A stretch of 64,000 nucleotides of DNA, taken from assembly GCA_002309375.1 (NCBI GenBank), contig DBXK01000012.1:84009-148008 (forward strand). The letters run 5' to 3'. Origin of the DNA: Christensenella sp. UBA1214. GTDB lineage: Bacteria > Bacillota > Clostridia > Christensenellales > CAG-138. The notes below the pieces were generated by a model that saw nothing but the letters and a program-made list of their open reading frames with translations, searched no databases and was not told where the DNA came from. Below are positions 54,097 through 63,400 of this stretch, one piece after another; the first letter of the stretch is position 1, and every line of letters begins with the position of its first letter. A program made the position numbers and the translations under genes.

Positions 54097-54984
54097 ATGA
54101 AAGGTATCATTCTCGCCGGCGGCGCCGGCACGCGGCTTTATCCGCTGACAATGGTTACATCGAAGCAGCTGCTTCCGGTGTACGATAAACCGATGATCTT
54201 TTACCCTCTGTCAACGCTGATGCTGGCGGGAATCAGGGATATTTTGATCATCTCAACGCCGACAGATCTGCCGAACTTCGAGCGTCTGCTCGGAGACGGC
54301 CATGCTTTCGGCGTGCGTCTCAGCTATGCCGAGCAGCCGAGTCCGGATGGACTCGCTCAGGCGTTCCTGATCGGGCGGGAGTTCATCGGCGATGACGCCT
54401 GCGCGATGGTGCTCGGCGACAATATCTTTTATGGAAACGGCTTTGGCAAGCTGCTGCGTGCCGCGACGGCGGATGCGGAGCAGAACGAAAGGGCAACTGT
54501 TTTCGGTTATTACGTGAATGATCCGGAGCGCTTCGGCGTTGTGGCTTTCGATGAAAACGGAAAGGCGGTTTCCATCGAGGAAAAGCCGAAAGCGCCTAAA
54601 AGCAATTATGCGGTCACCGGCCTGTACTTTTACCCTAAAGGCGTCAGCGATCGCGCTGCGGAAGTAAAACCTTCCGCACGAGGAGAGCTGGAGATCACCA
54701 CGCTCAACGAAATGTATCTGAATGACAGCCTGTTGGATGTGCAGCTGCTCGGCCGCGGTTTTGCCTGGCTGGACACAGGAACGATGGAATCGCTCGCTGA
54801 TGCAACGGAATTCATTCGCGTGGTGCAGAACCGCCAGGGAATTGAGGTCTCCGCACCGGAGGAGATCGCGTTCCGCAACGGTTGGACAAGCAAGGAAGAA
54901 CTGCTCAAGGCAGCATCCGCTTACGGAAAATCACCGTATGGAACTCATTTGCGGCTGGTTGCAGAAGGCAAGATCAGAGGATAG
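54097..54984 (+). CDS. rfbA: Glucose-1-phosphate thymidylyltransferase
   Basis: [18 protein letters not shown]...[31 protein letters not shown]. Confidence 0.95.
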   Translation: MKGIILAGGAGTRLYPLTMVTSKQLLPVYDKPMIFYPLSTLMLAGIRDILIISTPTDLPNFERLLGDGHAFGVRLSYAEQPSPDGLAQAFLIGREFIGDDACAMVLGDNIFYGNGFGKLLRAATADAEQNERATVFGYYVNDPERFGVVAFDENGKAVSIEEKPKAPKSNYAVTGLYFYPKGVSDRAAEVKPSARGELEITTLNEMYLNDSLLDVQLLGRGFAWLDTGTMESLADATEFIRVVQNRQGIEVSAPEEIAFRNGWTSKEELLKAASAYGKSPYGTHLRLVAEGKIRG

Positions 54985-54993
54985 GAGAACGCT

Positions 54994-56013
54994 ATGACCA
55001 TTATCGTTACCGGCGGCGCAGGCTTTATCGGCGCAAACTTTATCTATTTTGAATTGGAGAAGCATCCTGAAGACAGGATCGTCTGCCTGGATGCACTGAC
55101 CTATGCGGGCAATCTGTCGACGCTGGAGAATGCCCTGAAGAACCCGAATTTCGCTTTCTACAAGGTCGACATCTGCGACAGACAAGCGGTTTATGAGATC
55201 TTCGAAAAGGAACGTCCGGATGCAGTCGTGAATTTTGCGGCGGAATCGCATGTCGATCGCTCAATCGAAGCGCCTGAGATTTTCCTGCAGACCAACATCC
55301 TCGGCACCCAGGTCATGATGGACGCCTGCCGCAAGTACGGCACGAAGCGCTATCACCAGGTCTCCACGGATGAAGTCTACGGTGATCTTCCACTTGACAG
55401 ACCGGACCTTTTCTTCACAGAGGAAACGCCGATCCACACCAGCAGCCCGTATTCCGCTTCGAAAGCAGCGGCAGACCTTCTGGTGTTTGCCTACCACAGG
55501 ACATTCGGCTTGCCCGCGACCATCTCGCGTTGCTCCAACAACTACGGTCCGTATCATTTCCCGGAGAAGCTGATCCCGCTGATGATCGCAAACGCGCTGA
55601 ACGATAAGCCGCTGCCGGTCTACGGCAAGGGTGAGAACGTTCGTGACTGGCTGTATGTTGAGGATCACTGCCGCGCGATCGATCTCATTCTGCGCAACGG
55701 CACCGTCGGCGAAGTCTATAACGTTGGCGGTCACAACGAAATGCGCAACATTGATATTGTCAAGCTGATCTGCAAAAAGCTCGGCAAGCCGGAAAGCCTG
55801 ATAACCTTTGTAACGGACCGTAAGGGCCACGATATGCGTTATGCGATCGATCCGACGAAGATCCACCGCGAGCTTGGCTGGCTGCCGCAGACGAAGTTCG
55901 CAGACGGCCTCGACAAGACGATCGAATGGTATCTCACGCACCGCGATTGGTGGGAAACGATCATAAGTGGCGAATACAGGAATTACTATGAGAAAATGTA
56001 CGGGAACCGATAA
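54994..56013 (+). CDS. rfbB: dTDP-glucose 4,6-dehydratase
   Basis: IVTGGAGFIGANF...STDEVYG...YSASKAA... Confidence 0.95.
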   Translation: MTIIVTGGAGFIGANFIYFELEKHPEDRIVCLDALTYAGNLSTLENALKNPNFAFYKVDICDRQAVYEIFEKERPDAVVNFAAESHVDRSIEAPEIFLQTNILGTQVMMDACRKYGTKRYHQVSTDEVYGDLPLDRPDLFFTEETPIHTSSPYSASKAAADLLVFAYHRTFGLPATISRCSNNYGPYHFPEKLIPLMIANALNDKPLPVYGKGENVRDWLYVEDHCRAIDLILRNGTVGEVYNVGGHNEMRNIDIVKLICKKLGKPESLITFVTDRKGHDMRYAIDPTKIHRELGWLPQTKFADGLDKTIEWYLTHRDWWETIISGEYRNYYEKMYGNR

Positions 56014-56025
56014 CGGGAGGTCCTA

Positions 56026-57471
56026 ATGAAGTATTTTATCACCGGCGTCGGCGGCCAGCTCGGCTTTGACCTTGTTCGCCGCCTGCAGGCAGCGGGGGAG
56101 ACGGTCATCGGAAGCGATATCCGACCGGAAAACGATTTCTGCGCGCAGTATGTAAAGCTCGATATCACGGATCATGAAGCCGTTGCAGACGCTTTGAAGG
56201 AATACAGGCCCGACGTCGTGATCCATTGCGCCGCCTGGACCGCTGTGGACGCCGCGGAGGATCCGGAAAACCGCGATAAAGTCCGTCTGATCAATGTCGA
56301 GGGCACAAAAAACATAGCCGAAGGCTGCAAAACGATCGACTGCAAAATGATCTATATCAGCACCGACTATGTCTTCGACGGCGCCGGAGAAATGCCGTGG
56401 GATCCGGACTGCAGGGAGTATTCTCCATTGAACTACTATGGCGAAACAAAGCTGGAAGGCGAGCTCGCCGTTTCCGGGATCCTTGAAAAATACTTCATTG
56501 TCCGCACTGCATGGGTGTTCGGGGCAAACGGCAATAACTTCGTGAAAACCATGCTGCGGCTTGGGAAAACGCTTCCGGAGCTGCGAGTCGTCAACGATCA
56601 GATCGGAACGCCGACATACACCTTCGATCTTGCCCGTCTGCTTGTTGATATAGCAAAGACCGAACGCTATGGGTATTATCATGCAACGAACGAGGGAGGC
56701 TTTATCAGCTGGTATGAATTCGCCTGTGAAATAATGCGAATGGCGGGGCTCAGTGCAAAGGTCGTTCCTGTTTCAACGGCGGAATACGGCCTCAGCAAAG
56801 CAAAGCGGCCCTTCAACAGCAGGCTCGGGAAGGAAAAACTGACCGAAGCGGGCTTTGAGCGCCTTCCTGATTGGAAAAACGCGCTCGAGCGTTATTTGAA
56901 AGAGATCGGAGCGATAAGAAAAATGAGCAAGATCAAAGTCACACCATGCAAAATCAAAGGCCTGTATGTGATCGAACCGACCGTTCATGGGGACAGCCGC
57001 GGATATTTCATGGAAACATACAACCTTAACGATATGCGCGAGGCAGGGCTCGATATGGTTTTCGTTCAGGATAACCAGTCCATGTCGCGCAGGGGCGTGC
57101 TGCGCGGACTGCATTACCAGAAGAAGTTCCCTCAGGGCAAGCTCGTCCGCGTAATTTCCGGAGAAGTTTTCGATGTTGCCGTGGATCTTCGCCCGGGTTC
57201 AGTGACCTATGGAAAATGGCATGGAGAGATCCTTTCCGCGGAGAACAAAAAGCAGTTTTATATTCCGGAGGGATTTGCACACGGCTTCTATGTTTTGAGT
57301 GAAACAGCGGAATTCTGCTATAAAGTAACCGATTTTTATCATTCGGAAGATGAATGGGGCATCCGTTGGAACGATCCCGATATCGGCGTCGAATGGCCGA
57401 TCATCAATGACATCCCGGTTTTGCTTTCGGAAAAGGACAAGGTTCAGCCTTTCCTTCGTGAGATCAAATGA
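56026..57471 (+). CDS. rfbD-rfbC: Fused dTDP-4-dehydrorhamnose reductase (RfbD, residues 1-~299) :: dTDP-4-dehydrorhamnose 3,5-epimerase (RfbC, ~300-481)
   Basis: The N-terminal half has ITGVGGQLG...STDYVFDG...YGETK. The C-terminal half starts at the in-frame ATG at 56923 with HGDSRGYFMETY...RGLHYQ...KLVRVISGEVFDVAVDLR. There is a single open frame and no intervening stop. Confidence 0.85.
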   Translation: MKYFITGVGGQLGFDLVRRLQAAGETVIGSDIRPENDFCAQYVKLDITDHEAVADALKEYRPDVVIHCAAWTAVDAAEDPENRDKVRLINVEGTKNIAEGCKTIDCKMIYISTDYVFDGAGEMPWDPDCREYSPLNYYGETKLEGELAVSGILEKYFIVRTAWVFGANGNNFVKTMLRLGKTLPELRVVNDQIGTPTYTFDLARLLVDIAKTERYGYYHATNEGGFISWYEFACEIMRMAGLSAKVVPVSTAEYGLSKAKRPFNSRLGKEKLTEAGFERLPDWKNALERYLKEIGAIRKMSKIKVTPCKIKGLYVIEPTVHGDSRGYFMETYNLNDMREAGLDMVFVQDNQSMSRRGVLRGLHYQKKFPQGKLVRVISGEVFDVAVDLRPGSVTYGKWHGEILSAENKKQFYIPEGFAHGFYVLSETAEFCYKVTDFYHSEDEWGIRWNDPDIGVEWPIINDIPVLLSEKDKVQPFLREIK

Positions 57472-58373
57472 GCAAAAATAAGAAGGAAGAACCGCATAAA
57501 AAACATCGGGTCCTCCGAACGATTCTTCTTGTATTCGGGATCCTGCTCCTTTTGATCGGGGCGGAGCTTCTTTATTCAAATTATCATCTGATTGTCAGCC
57601 GTTATTCCGTCCGCGCCCAAGGGGTGTCGGGCGGAATTCGCATTGTATTCCTTGCGGATCTGCACGGGAGGGAATTCGGCAAAAACAACAGCAGTCTTCT
57701 TGAGAAGATCGCAGCGGAGAAGCCGGACATAATCGCTCTCGGAGGGGATATCATCAATTCCGATGCGGATGATGAAGAAGTAACAAGGATGTGCGCTTTC
57801 GTTTCGGAGGCCGCGAAGATCGCGCCGGTCTATTTCGGGATGGGGAACCACGAATACAACTATATTGCGGATCATGACGCTTCGCTTGCGGAAAAACTGA
57901 CCGAGGCCGGCGCGGAGATACTTGACGGAAACTATCTCGATATCGAGATCAACGGCACCCCCGTTCGAATCGGAGGTTATGAAGGCTATTACAGAACGGC
58001 GCATATGAACACGCCGGATAAGGATCGGCAATCGGCGGATTGGCGCTTCTTCGAGGCTTTCGAGGACACGGATCGGGTAAAGATCCTTATCAACCATATC
58101 CCGACCAACTGGCTTGACTGGCATTATAAGGACAGATCGCCCGTGGATCTTGTGCTTTCCGGGCACTACCACGGCGGAGTGATCAGGATCCCGATCATCG
58201 AACAGGGGCTTTATGCTCCGTATATCGGCAAATTCCCGCCCTATACAAAGGGCTTGTTTGAAGGAGAGAAAGCGAACTGCGTCCTCACAACGGGTCTTGC
58301 GGGCTCGAAGGGGATACCGCGTTTTTTCAATCCGCCGGAGATAGTCGTTGTGGATCTGCTGCCCGAAGAGTAA
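57468..58373 (+). CDS. Membrane-anchored metallophosphoesterase (calcineurin-like)
   Basis: N-terminal TM helix, then RIVFLADLHG...ALGGDI...GMGNHE...LSGHYHGG. Confidence 0.75.
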   Translation: MSKNKKEEPHKKHRVLRTILLVFGILLLLIGAELLYSNYHLIVSRYSVRAQGVSGGIRIVFLADLHGREFGKNNSSLLEKIAAEKPDIIALGGDIINSDADDEEVTRMCAFVSEAAKIAPVYFGMGNHEYNYIADHDASLAEKLTEAGAEILDGNYLDIEINGTPVRIGGYEGYYRTAHMNTPDKDRQSADWRFFEAFEDTDRVKILINHIPTNWLDWHYKDRSPVDLVLSGHYHGGVIRIPIIEQGLYAPYIGKFPPYTKGLFEGEKANCVLTTGLAGSKGIPRFFNPPEIVVVDLLPEE

Positions 58374-58498
58374 AACCGAATGGTCGCATCGTGTCAAAAC
58401 AGCCTTCCGATTGTCAAAAAGACTGTTTAGTCAAACATTTTCCCGTGAACAGAAAACAGCATTATCTCAAAAAAACATGAAAACAACAATAAGCATTA

Positions 58499-58527
58499 TT
58501 GAAAACTGAGCACAAACAATGTATAAT
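58499..58527 (+). promoter_or_regulatory. Sigma-A promoter for the lipoprotein/ABC operon, with a ~140-nt leader
   Basis: TTGAAA (58499-58504), 17 nt, TATAAT (58522-58527). Confidence 0.5.
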
Positions 58528-58668
58528 AATATGCAGATGAGGTTTAGAATGCGAAGCTAAAATATATTTTAAAAATGAGCGTGCAAAATCGCAGCTGCGG
58601 ACATTAACTAATGAAGACGTTCTGCGGCAGAACAATGGAGCTGAGCAAAGAAAAAGGAGAAAACTGCC

Positions 58669-60147
58669 ATGAAAAAAACAGTGTTATCGAGCATTTTACT
58701 GTTTGCGTTAATCCTTGCTTTATGCACGGGATGCAGCGGCAATAAAAATCAGAACCCATCGGATTCACCGGACGCATTCAACAGCGGACAATCGGGCGGT
58801 GTGCTTATGGGACAGGCGTTCAATCCGGAAACGGATAACGACAACCGCAATGCAGCGTTTATCGACTGCGCCATGGTCGACACGGAGGACGCTTATTATC
58901 TCTATGTCAATGGCTACATAATGTACTACGATAAGATCATGGAGGACAGCGGCTTCCTCTGCCCGCATCCTGAGTGCGTGCATGATGAAAAGTTCAATAA
59001 TCCGAATTGTGTCGCCCGCGCGAGTATACAGCTTCCGTCGATGACCTATTACGAGGGCAAGCTCTGGTGGGTGGGCAACCCGGATATGCGTCATATAGGC
59101 GTATTCCGTATGAATCTTGACGGCACAAACAAGGAGCTGCTGCACTCGTTTGAGCTTAACGGCGACGATACGCGCTTTCAGGGTATGATGCTCTGGTATT
59201 TCCACCGCGGAAGGCTGTTCTGGTCCTCCCTGAAGCAGGAGGTAGCCAACGGGCAGTATTTTAACACCGCTTATTTCGGATATATGAGCCTTGAAGACTA
59301 TGAGCCGCACGATCTTTGCGAAAGGCGTTCGTTCTTCACGCCTCAACCGACGATCCGCTTCGCCGGGGACAGCGCTTATCTGTTCATCGGTTACGACGGG
59401 ATCGGCCCCGGAGATCAGGAGATCCCCGACGGCGAGGCGGATTTGGACGCCTATTTGGAATGGGCTAAAAACGTCAAACAATATGACGAGGTCCTGCGTT
59501 GGGATCCGACCATGGATGAGCCGGAGACTATCTACCTCAACAGCGAGGATACCTGCTTCCACAGCTTCAACGATTATTACGTTTCGCAGGAGGGCGAGAT
59601 ATTCTTCCGTGAAACCGAACTCGAGGATCCCGATCAGCAATATGACGAAGAAAACAATCAATACATCACTTATATCAATCGAATCAACGGGAACGGCGAA
59701 AAAGAGCGCATTATCGAGCTCACCGACGAGGACGGCGTTCATTACAACATGTACGCCATGACCTGCGGTGTAATTGTCGCCATGGATACAAGATACATCC
59801 GGGGCGTCGGGGACGAGGTCCGCGGGATCTGGATACTGACCTTTGACGGCAGGACCCTCTACCGCGGAGAGCTCCCGATGAAGTACCGCGAAAAGTATAC
59901 GGATAGGGAACGGGTCGACGATAACGGCCTGACCGTTCACATCAGTCACGGTATCAACAAACTGCACAACTGCTGGGCGACCGAAAACGAAGTGCTGTTC
60001 TGTTTTACAGAAACATATTATAAAGATTCACCGACCCACGGCAATTCTAACTATTATGATTTCGTAAAATACGAGATCACGCCGAACGGATTAATCGAGG
60101 TGCCGCTTGCGGAATGCCGGGCGCATTACGGCGACGAGGGCTGGTAA
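58669..60147 (+). CDS. Lipoprotein of unknown function (beta-propeller-like?)
   Basis: RBS AAAGGAG. The signal peptide plus lipobox is MKKTVLSSILLFALILALCTGC. No family recognised. Confidence 0.65.
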   Translation: MKKTVLSSILLFALILALCTGCSGNKNQNPSDSPDAFNSGQSGGVLMGQAFNPETDNDNRNAAFIDCAMVDTEDAYYLYVNGYIMYYDKIMEDSGFLCPHPECVHDEKFNNPNCVARASIQLPSMTYYEGKLWWVGNPDMRHIGVFRMNLDGTNKELLHSFELNGDDTRFQGMMLWYFHRGRLFWSSLKQEVANGQYFNTAYFGYMSLEDYEPHDLCERRSFFTPQPTIRFAGDSAYLFIGYDGIGPGDQEIPDGEADLDAYLEWAKNVKQYDEVLRWDPTMDEPETIYLNSEDTCFHSFNDYYVSQEGEIFFRETELEDPDQQYDEENNQYITYINRINGNGEKERIIELTDEDGVHYNMYAMTCGVIVAMDTRYIRGVGDEVRGIWILTFDGRTLYRGELPMKYREKYTDRERVDDNGLTVHISHGINKLHNCWATENEVLFCFTETYYKDSPTHGNSNYYDFVKYEITPNGLIEVPLAECRAHYGDEGW

Positions 60148-60229
60148 ACAATCGCAGCGAAAGCCGGAAATAACATCGCAGCCGTTAAACTAACGAAAAA
60201 TAAAAACCGAATAAGCAAGGAAGGATAAT

Positions 60230-61051
60230 ATGGAACTGAAACTGACAAATCTCACGAAACGCTACGGCAGCAAGGTCGCGCTGTCGGATTTCTCCTATGA
60301 ATTCCACGAGGGCATTTACGGCATTCTCGGCGCGAACGGCGCGGGCAAGAGCACGATGATGAACCTGATAACGGACAATATCGTCCGAAATGAAGGCGAA
60401 ATCACCTATGCCGGCATGTCCGCCGACGGCGAAACCGAATTCGAGCATACGGATATCCTGAAGCTCGGCAAGGAATTCCGCAAGCTGCTCGGCTATATGC
60501 CCCAGCAGCAGGGGCTTTACGAGGGCATGACGGCCGAAAGCTTTATCGCATATTTCGGAAGGCTGAAGGGCATCAACGGCAGGATGCTCAGGAGCGAGCT
60601 CGACCGAGTATTTGAACTGACGAATCTTTCGAAGGTGCGCCATCATAAGATCTCGTCGTTCTCGGGCGGCATGAAGCAGCGCGTACTGCTTGCGCAGGCG
60701 ATGCTCGGCGATCCGAAGGTGCTGATCCTCGATGAGCCGACAGCCGGCCTCGATCCGAAGGAGAGGGTCAGGCTGCGGAATTATATCTACGACCTTTCTA
60801 AGAACAGGATAGTTTTGCTCGCGACCCATATCGTCAGCGATATTGAGGCGATCGCGGGGGACATCATCCTTCTGAAGGACGGAAAGCTTGTGCATTCCGG
60901 CTCGCCGAAGGAGCTAATGGGCTCGCTCCCGCCGGAAACGAAGCCGCTTATGGGCTCATATTATACGCTCGATGACGTATACCTCCATTACCTCGGCGAT
61001 GAACTCGCGGAGGAGGAAGCAAAGGAAACGGAGGAAGAGCAAAATGAATGA
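60230..61051 (+). CDS. ABC transporter ATP-binding protein (ABC-2 subfamily) with an acidic C-terminal tail
   Basis: Walker A GANGAGKST, signature FSGGM, Walker B LILDEPTAGLD. The tail is ELAEEEAKETEEEQNE. Confidence 0.85.
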   Translation: MELKLTNLTKRYGSKVALSDFSYEFHEGIYGILGANGAGKSTMMNLITDNIVRNEGEITYAGMSADGETEFEHTDILKLGKEFRKLLGYMPQQQGLYEGMTAESFIAYFGRLKGINGRMLRSELDRVFELTNLSKVRHHKISSFSGGMKQRVLLAQAMLGDPKVLILDEPTAGLDPKERVRLRNYIYDLSKNRIVLLATHIVSDIEAIAGDIILLKDGKLVHSGSPKELMGSLPPETKPLMGSYYTLDDVYLHYLGDELAEEEAKETEEEQNE

Positions 61052-63227
61052 ACTGCGAAGGATCCTGTCGGATAAAAAACGGCTGATCATTTATATCGCG
61101 GTTCCTCTGATTTGCATTGCGCTTTTCTTCCTCGAAAGGCTGAACAACGATATAAAAAACGGCTGGAAATGGCTTGAACAGGACACTGCGAAATATCAGC
61201 AGGATGTTCAAAAATATTGCACGATGGAGCCGACGGACGCGCTTGCCGCAATGGAGCAGGACGGATACCAGGCCGGATTCATGCAGGAAACGAACCTCAA
61301 AACCGCAGCCGAGCATGTGCAGTCCTATAAGGCATATCTCGAGGGCGTGCATAAAAACGCGCTGAAGATGGCCAAGTCCTCGATATTCGGCAAGGACAGG
61401 GACAGTTTCACTTATAAAAACATCCAGAAAACGGACGCCGATTTTGTGGCGCTCGACGGCATCGAGCTCGAATTCGGAAACGACCGGGCTGTCGATACAT
61501 GGCTCAAATTCACGACATCGGATATCCTGTATCTTGTTGTGATCATAATCACGGTCATGGCGTTCTTTGAGGATAAAAAGAACGGGCTTTGCTCGATCGT
61601 CCGAAGCACTCCGAAGGGAAGGCTGAACCTCGCTTTATCGAGGCTTTTCATCCTCATAGGCATATCCGCCGTGTTCACTTTATTGATAAATGCGGGCGTT
61701 CTCGGCTCGTCTTTCGCGCTCTACGGCGGAATGGACGGACTCGGACGCGCCGTTCAGTCAATGGAAGCGTTCAAAACATGCACTCTGCACACATCGATCC
61801 TCGGCTGGATTCTGATCTATCTCGGCGCGAAGATCGCCTGCGGCGTGCTGATCGGACTGATATTCTGGTTCGTGCTGAGCTTCGTCAGCAACATCCAGCT
61901 TTCATGGTTTATCGTGATCGCGATCCTCGCTGTTGAATTTGCGGCGTACAAGCTCATCAACGAACAACTCCAATTCAGCTTTTTCAAATACGTAAACCTG
62001 TTCTCATATGTGTACCCGACGGAGATCCTTTCCAAATACCTGAACATGAACGTGTTCAACGAGCCCGTCGGCGTCTTCCCGCTGCTGAGAAGGCTGATGA
62101 TCATCCTGTTCGCCGCGCTGACGGCAGCGGTATTGCTCCTTCAGGTGCGCCGCCATCCGCTCGGCAACCGCAATATCCTCGGCAAATTCGTCGTCTTCTG
62201 GAACAGGATCTGCGACTTCTTCCGCAGAAAAATGCATATCCCCGGCTTCGAAGGATATAAGCTTCTCATACTCGCGGGAAGCATCATCTTCCTTGCCGCC
62301 GGAATCTATTTCGGCGGAAAGCTTCGCTATAAGGGTTGGGAATATCAGGAGCAGGATTACGTCTACCTGCAGTACCTGAAGGACGGCGCCGCCGGCGAAA
62401 TCAACGAGGAAACCGAAGAATACCTTGCAAAGGCAAGGCAGAACCTCGAAGCGCATGAGGACATCGCTTATCAGTTCGAAGGATCGCTGATGCGCATTGA
62501 AAGCGAAGCCGCAAAAGCGAAGGAGAACGGCGAGCAGAAGGGCTTTACGCCGTGGTTGGTGAATCAAACGGACGTCAACAATCTTCTCGGCCAGAAAACA
62601 TGGTCGCTGACCCGTTGGAATGCGATCGTTGCGCTTGCTTTCCAGGTCCTTTTGATCGCGCCGCTCTTCGCGATCGAAAAGCGCATCGGAACGGAGAAGC
62701 TGCTGCGCTCGACTGCGGGCGGAAGAAGCAGGGTCTTCAGAGGGAAGTATGCCATACTGACGCTCGAGACTGCGGCGATCTGGTGCGGCGTTTATTTGCG
62801 CGAATGGCTTGCGGTTCGCAAGGAATATGCCGACGTGCTTGCCTGCCCGATCCAGAATTTCAGGATCTTCGAGAATTTCCCGGTCGTGATGAGCTTTGCC
62901 TCGTTCCTGATCCTGCTGTATCTGCTCCGCTTCGTCGGAATGATGATCGCTTCGCTGATCCTCGCTTATATCAGCTCGCGCGTGAATACCTGGGAAAAAG
63001 CGGTCATGCTCGGCGCGGGCGTGCTGCTGATCCCGGCCGCGCTGCTGTATTTCGGCCAGGAGTGGGCGGGGAATATCTCCGTTCTTCCGAACATCGCTCT
63101 TGCGGAGATCCTTGTTCCGCATATCGCGTTCGGAACAAAGGAGATAATCGCATCAGTAATGCTGCTGATCTCCGCAGCGCTGACCTTCCTCGTCTACAGA
63201 GGCTGGACAAAATCAGTGCGCGATTAA
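61044..63227 (+). CDS. Internally duplicated ABC-2-like permease (727 aa)
   Basis: Start at 61044 (ATGAATGA overlap). There are two halves, each with TM1, a large loop and a TM bundle. Matching segments are FEDKKNGLCSIVRSTPKGRLNL and AIEKRIGTEKLLRSTAGGRSRV. Confidence 0.6.
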   Translation: MNELRRILSDKKRLIIYIAVPLICIALFFLERLNNDIKNGWKWLEQDTAKYQQDVQKYCTMEPTDALAAMEQDGYQAGFMQETNLKTAAEHVQSYKAYLEGVHKNALKMAKSSIFGKDRDSFTYKNIQKTDADFVALDGIELEFGNDRAVDTWLKFTTSDILYLVVIIITVMAFFEDKKNGLCSIVRSTPKGRLNLALSRLFILIGISAVFTLLINAGVLGSSFALYGGMDGLGRAVQSMEAFKTCTLHTSILGWILIYLGAKIACGVLIGLIFWFVLSFVSNIQLSWFIVIAILAVEFAAYKLINEQLQFSFFKYVNLFSYVYPTEILSKYLNMNVFNEPVGVFPLLRRLMIILFAALTAAVLLLQVRRHPLGNRNILGKFVVFWNRICDFFRRKMHIPGFEGYKLLILAGSIIFLAAGIYFGGKLRYKGWEYQEQDYVYLQYLKDGAAGEINEETEEYLAKARQNLEAHEDIAYQFEGSLMRIESEAAKAKENGEQKGFTPWLVNQTDVNNLLGQKTWSLTRWNAIVALAFQVLLIAPLFAIEKRIGTEKLLRSTAGGRSRVFRGKYAILTLETAAIWCGVYLREWLAVRKEYADVLACPIQNFRIFENFPVVMSFASFLILLYLLRFVGMMIASLILAYISSRVNTWEKAVMLGAGVLLIPAALLYFGQEWAGNISVLPNIALAEILVPHIAFGTKEIIASVMLLISAALTFLVYRGWTKSVRD

Positions 63228-63243
63228 TATGATGAATCGAGCG

Positions 63244-63267
63244 GTCCCCGCTTCGGCGGGGACTTTT
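63244..63267 (+). terminator. Rho-independent terminator
   Basis: GTCCCCGC-TTCG-GCGGGGAC followed by TTTT. Confidence 0.8.
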
Positions 63268-63304
63268 ATATTGCCGGGAAAGGGCGGATCCGGTGAAAAC
63301 GCTA

Positions 63305-63333
63305 TTGAAACGGAAGGCAAACGGGTTTATAAT
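63305..63333 (+). promoter_or_regulatory. Sigma-A promoter for citE
   Basis: TTGAAA (63305-63310), 17 nt, TATAAT (63328-63333). Confidence 0.5.
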
Positions 63334-63400
63334 AACTATGTATGTAAAACTTGCAAACACAGCCCGCGGAACGGTTCCGATGGCTGCGAAAGGAGTCAAA

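Noticed and set aside
58393-58436. A CtsR operator, because of the GTCAAA repeats
   Set aside because: CtsR boxes are GGTCAAA heptads separated by 3 nt. Here the repeats are 16-20 nt apart, lack the leading GG, and are not next to a clp or heat-shock gene.
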